Shown: positions 43,829 to 46,988 of the stretch, piece by piece
Layout: every line of letters begins with the position of its first letter
Numbering within the stretch: position 1 is the stretch's first letter
NCBI GenBank assembly: GCA_043743315.1
Contig: JAYTWS010000009.1
Coordinates: forward strand, 1 to 46,988
DNA from: Chloroflexota bacterium
Lineage (GTDB): Bacteria; Chloroflexota; Limnocylindria; Limnocylindrales; CSP1-4
Length of the DNA stretch: 46,988 nt
Reading direction: 5' to 3'
Program-made: the position numbers and the translations under genes
Notes under the pieces: model-generated
The model's input: only the letters and a program-made list of their open reading frames with translations
Databases searched by the model: none
Told to the model about the DNA's origin: nothing

Positions 43829-46087
43829 TCAGTTCAGGGCCAGCGCCAGCGGCTCCGGGATGTCGCCATCGCGCGCTTCGGCCGCGAGCTTCGCTTCGTA
43901 CATCCTGGCGTCGGCAGCACCGACGAGCTCGGTCGGCGTACGGACCGTCGGCCCGATCGACGCCACCCCGATCGACACGCTGATCGGCACCGGCCCGCGG
44001 CCCTCGGCCATCACCGGCTGGCTGGCCAGGTCCTCGTTGATTCGGCGCGCGACCGCGCTGGCCGCCACGTGATCGCTGTCCGGCAGGATGACTGCGAACT
44101 CGTCACCGCCGTAGCGGGCGGGGACATCGGACACGCGCAGGGTGGCCTTGACGACGGCCGCCAGGTGGACCAGGCATCGGTCCCCGAACTGGTGGCCGAA
44201 CGTGTCGTTGACGAGCTTGAAGTCGTCGAGGTCAAGGAGCAGCAGGCTCAGCGGTCGTCGCGAGCGTCGGGCGCGAACCACCTCCTCGCCCATGCGTTCG
44301 TACAGATATCGGTGGTTGAAGAAGCCGGTCAGGGGGTCCCGATCGGCGAGGGACCGGGCAGCCTCGTACAGATTCGCGTTCTCGAGTGCCATCGCCGCTT
44401 CGTTGGCCATGGTCCGAGCCAGGCTGAGCCGGACGTCATCCGTCGGCACCATGCCCTTGGCCAGGAGCTCCAGGAGCCCGACGGATCGGCCCTTCGCGAC
44501 GAGTGGGATCATGATCAGGAGCCGGAAACCCTCCTCCCGGAGGATCGCGACCTCGTCAGCGTTCGCGCCGGGATCCTCGGCATCGATGATCACGGTGACC
44601 TGCTGCTCGAGGACGCGCCGCGTTTCCGGGTAGTCGGCGAGGCGATACGTCGGATGGTTCGCGACGATCTGACGGTCCGGGAACTCGCCCTCCGAAACGA
44701 TGACGTTGGCCGCGACATCCCACGAGCTGATGACCCCCGCGTCCATCTCGAGGGCTGCGGTCACATGCCGCGCGATGACCGCCCCGACCTGCTTCGGATC
44801 GAGCGTCTGGGCCAGTTCCTGACTCATCTCGAGCAGCCGGCGAAGTTCCGTCGCCATCGATCCGGTCCTGGTCAGGAGCCGGGCCGACTCAAGGGCCGTC
44901 GCGGCCTGGTCGGCCAGGATGGTGACCATCTGGAGGTCGTCGTCATCGAACTGGTGCAGGCCCAGCTTCGAGAGCGTGATGACGCCGACGACCAGACCGT
45001 CGTGGCGCATCGGGACGACGAGCATCGATTCCCGAATGAGTTCGGTCCCATCGATCTGGAGGCCCCGCGGATCGGCGTTGGCATCGCCGACGTTGAGCGG
45101 GATCCCGTGGAGCGCCACCCAGCCGGTGAACCCCTCTCCGATCCGGGTCGTGAGGACGCTCCAGTCCACGATCTCGTACTCGCCGACCTTGCCCTCGAAC
45201 GCGATCGGGTTGATCGACTCGTCCGGATCGACGACGTAGACCCGGGCGTTGTGATAGTCAACGATCGGTCCGACCTCTTCCACGATCGCTCGACCCACGG
45301 CCTCGATCGTCGTGGCCATGCTCATCCGCGCTGAAGCGGCCTGGACGACGGCCATGCGTGCGGCGCGGACCTCGAGCCGGTCGAACAGGTCCGCGTTTCG
45401 AAGTGCCAGGGCGGCGTGCGCACCGAGCGCGGTCAGGATCTCCACGTCCTCGGTGGTCCAGTGGTGCGGGTCGATGGTCGCGACCGCCAGCGTCCCGACG
45501 AAGCGGCCGCCGTGGACGAGCGGGACGAGGATGTTGCCGCGCACCGGCAAGCGTCCCGCGAATCGATCGGTCCACTCGCCTTTCGGCAAGCTCCGGACGT
45601 CGTCCGCCACGAACGGATGGCCGCTGGCGAGGATCTGGTCAATCGCCGCGTTGGGCGTCACGGTCGGGGGCAGCTGCGCGGCGAGGCCCGCGGGTAGCCC
45701 GGCACTGGCCACGATCCCGAGGGCGGTGGCCTGCTCGATTCGCAGGATGGCGTAGTCGGCCCCGGAGACTTCCGACGCTGCGTCGACGACGATCCGGTAC
45801 AGGTCCGCTCGGTCGAACGAGGTTGCCAGACGCTCCGCGATGGCGAGCAGAGCTCGAAATCGGGACGCGGAGCGCGCGCTCACGTCGGGACCCTCCGACG
45901 ACGTGGCGCGCACAGCGGCGTCACGAGCGTCGGGCCCCTTGGCTGAACCAGCATTGGCTATGGCCGCGCGCACGATCAGAGATTGACAGTCGGCGGTACC
46001 GCGGGGCAGCAGCCGAAGGTACCGGTGCCGATCGCCGAAGGTACTACCTGGGAACACGAATCGGTCGACGCTCGCGTTGACCGTCAC
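43829..46087 (-). CDS. multi-GAF diguanylate cyclase (GGDEF)
   Basis: Three GAF-like repeats (e.g. LYRIVVDAASEVSGADYAILR, VGPIVDYHNARVYVVD, VGAVIARHVTAALEMDAGVIS). GFFNHRYL, LLDLDDFKLVNDTFGHQFGD, and an RVSD I-site before GGDEF. The GTG 46087 start is uncertain. Confidence 0.85.
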   Translation of the reverse strand: MTVNASVDRFVFPGSTFGDRHRYLRLLPRGTADCQSLIVRAAIANAGSAKGPDARDAAVRATSSEGPDVSARSASRFRALLAIAERLATSFDRADLYRIVVDAASEVSGADYAILRIEQATALGIVASAGLPAGLAAQLPPTVTPNAAIDQILASGHPFVADDVRSLPKGEWTDRFAGRLPVRGNILVPLVHGGRFVGTLAVATIDPHHWTTEDVEILTALGAHAALALRNADLFDRLEVRAARMAVVQAASARMSMATTIEAVGRAIVEEVGPIVDYHNARVYVVDPDESINPIAFEGKVGEYEIVDWSVLTTRIGEGFTGWVALHGIPLNVGDANADPRGLQIDGTELIRESMLVVPMRHDGLVVGVITLSKLGLHQFDDDDLQMVTILADQAATALESARLLTRTGSMATELRRLLEMSQELAQTLDPKQVGAVIARHVTAALEMDAGVISSWDVAANVIVSEGEFPDRQIVANHPTYRLADYPETRRVLEQQVTVIIDAEDPGANADEVAILREEGFRLLIMIPLVAKGRSVGLLELLAKGMVPTDDVRLSLARTMANEAAMALENANLYEAARSLADRDPLTGFFNHRYLYERMGEEVVRARRSRRPLSLLLLDLDDFKLVNDTFGHQFGDRCLVHLAAVVKATLRVSDVPARYGGDEFAVILPDSDHVAASAVARRINEDLASQPVMAEGRGPVPISVSIGVASIGPTVRTPTELVGAADARMYEAKLAAEARDGDIPEPLALALN

Positions 46088-46182
46088 GCCGAGCGGCGAC
46101 TACACTCGCCGAGGTCCCCTGCGCCGCACGCCGATCGTCCATCTGTGCCACCGGCGGCGACTGGACCGCCCGCGAGGTGGCC

Positions 46183-46988
46183 ATGCTCTACCTGAGCCAG
46201 GCGATCGGCCTGCCCGTGCTCGACGGCAGCAAGGATGCGATCGGCAAGATCGCCGATCTGATCGTGGCCGTCGGCAATCGATATCCGCCGGTCACGGGCC
46301 TGGTGGTCTCGACGGATCGTCGCCGGATCTTCCTGCCCTGGTCGTCGGTCGATCGGATCGACGCCAGCGGCGCGCGCCTCGGGACGACGACCATCGACAT
46401 GGGTCGGTTCAGCCAGCGCCCGGACGAAATCCTCCTGCATGCGGACCTGATGGACAAGCAGATCGTCGACATCGACGGGCGCAAGGTCGTGCGCGTCAAC
46501 GACCTGCGCCTGGACGAGATCGAGGGCGTCCTGCACTTGGTCGCCGTGGACGTCGGGGCAGCCGGCCTGCTGCGACGCCTCGGTATCGAGCGCGGCTATC
46601 GGACCCTTGCCCGCAACCTGCGACTCTCGGTTCCGGAGCGCTACATCGACTGGGAGGACGTGGACCCGGTCGAGACCTCGATCGCATCGATCAAGCTCCG
46701 TGTCCCGCACGCGGGCCTGGCGGAACTTCATCCCGCGGACCTCGCCGACATCATCGACCAGCTGGCACCGAAGGACCGGGCCGGGGTCCTCGCCTCGCTC
46801 AACGACGAGGCCGCAGCCGACGTGTTCGAGGAGATGGAACCCGAGACCCAGGTCGAAGTCCTCGAGGATCTCGATCCGGCGCGGGCGGCCGACATCCTCG
46901 AGGAGATGTCGCCCGACGATGCCGCCGACCTGGTGGCCGACCTGTCCGACGAGAGCCGCGAGGAGATCCTCGCCCTCATGGAGCGCGA
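46183..46988 (+). CDS. mgtE: magnesium transporter MgtE with N-terminal PRC-barrel region; 5' part, continues past the right edge
   Basis: Not in the ORF track (open-ended). My translation from ATG 46183 (GAGGTGG upstream; GTG 46177 is also possible): MLYLSQAIGLPVLDGSKDAIGKIADLIVAV...DKQIVDIDGRKVVRVNDLRL (PRC-like), then LHPADLADIIDQLAPKDRAGVLASLNDEAAADVFEEMEPETQVEVLEDLDPARAADILEEMSPDDAADLVADL (MgtE_N). No stop before the window end. Confidence 0.8.
   Translation, partial: MLYLSQAIGLPVLDGSKDAIGKIADLIVAVGNRYPPVTGLVVSTDRRRIFLPWSSVDRIDASGARLGTTTIDMGRFSQRPDEILLHADLMDKQIVDIDGRKVVRVNDLRLDEIEGVLHLVAVDVGAAGLLRRLGIERGYRTLARNLRLSVPERYIDWEDVDPVETSIASIKLRVPHAGLAELHPADLADIIDQLAPKDRAGVLASLNDEAAADVFEEMEPETQVEVLEDLDPARAADILEEMSPDDAADLVADLSDESREEILALMER

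Noticed and set aside
46088-46182. M-box (Mg2+) riboswitch upstream of mgtE.
   Set aside because: Only 95 nt separate the divergent start codons, which is too short for the roughly 160-nt M-box, and I saw no conserved elements.

Overview
This is a high-GC, GC3-rich, very tightly packed bacterial chromosomal segment. By gene content and Shine-Dalgarno usage it is probably Actinomycetota- or Chloroflexota-like. I could not compute statistics or run searches.

I support about 40 protein-coding genes. Two of them are open-ended and therefore missing from the ORF track: an alpha/beta hydrolase at the left edge and a PRC-barrel MgtE at the right edge. I found no rRNA, tRNA, CRISPR array, transposase, integrase or prophage genes, so this does not look like a classical mobile island.

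Recognisable content:
- tag
- an ABC-2 exporter pair
- a class II aldolase
- aqpZ
- a five-gene peptide ABC importer (A-B-C-D-F)
- a sarcosine-oxidase-like flavoenzyme
- a CocE/NonD peptidase
- a LysE exporter
- thyX, punA, moaA and acs
- MscS
- an IclR / aminotransferase / FAD-oxidase amine-catabolism cluster
- PolX
- two GGDEF cyclases
- mgtE

Candidates for something undescribed, none of them proven:
1. A 889-aa protein that looks like a decayed Zn-ribbon DNA methyltransferase fused to winged-helix-like modules and a PD-(D/E)xK-like C-terminus. It sits beside a TPR / HIRAN-like / polyacidic-tail protein, a polytopic membrane protein and PolX.
2. A cyclic-nucleotide island: a class III cyclase-STAND-TPR giant plus two effector-less cNMP-binding proteins. 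One of these heads a translationally coupled operon of flavoprotein, vicinal-Cys protein and LysE exporter.
3. An orphan pair of a coiled-coil protein and a pseudo-receiver-ParA/MinD ATPase.
4. A 352-nt low-GC3 non-coding gap carrying the only two TTATCCAC (DnaA-box) octamers I saw, facing each other around a perfect GTTGATCAAC palindrome.

Smaller observations are a structured moaA leader, several short tandem repeats (intergenic and in-frame), a substrate-binding protein with a C-terminal membrane anchor, and three convergent gene pairs with overlapping stop codons.
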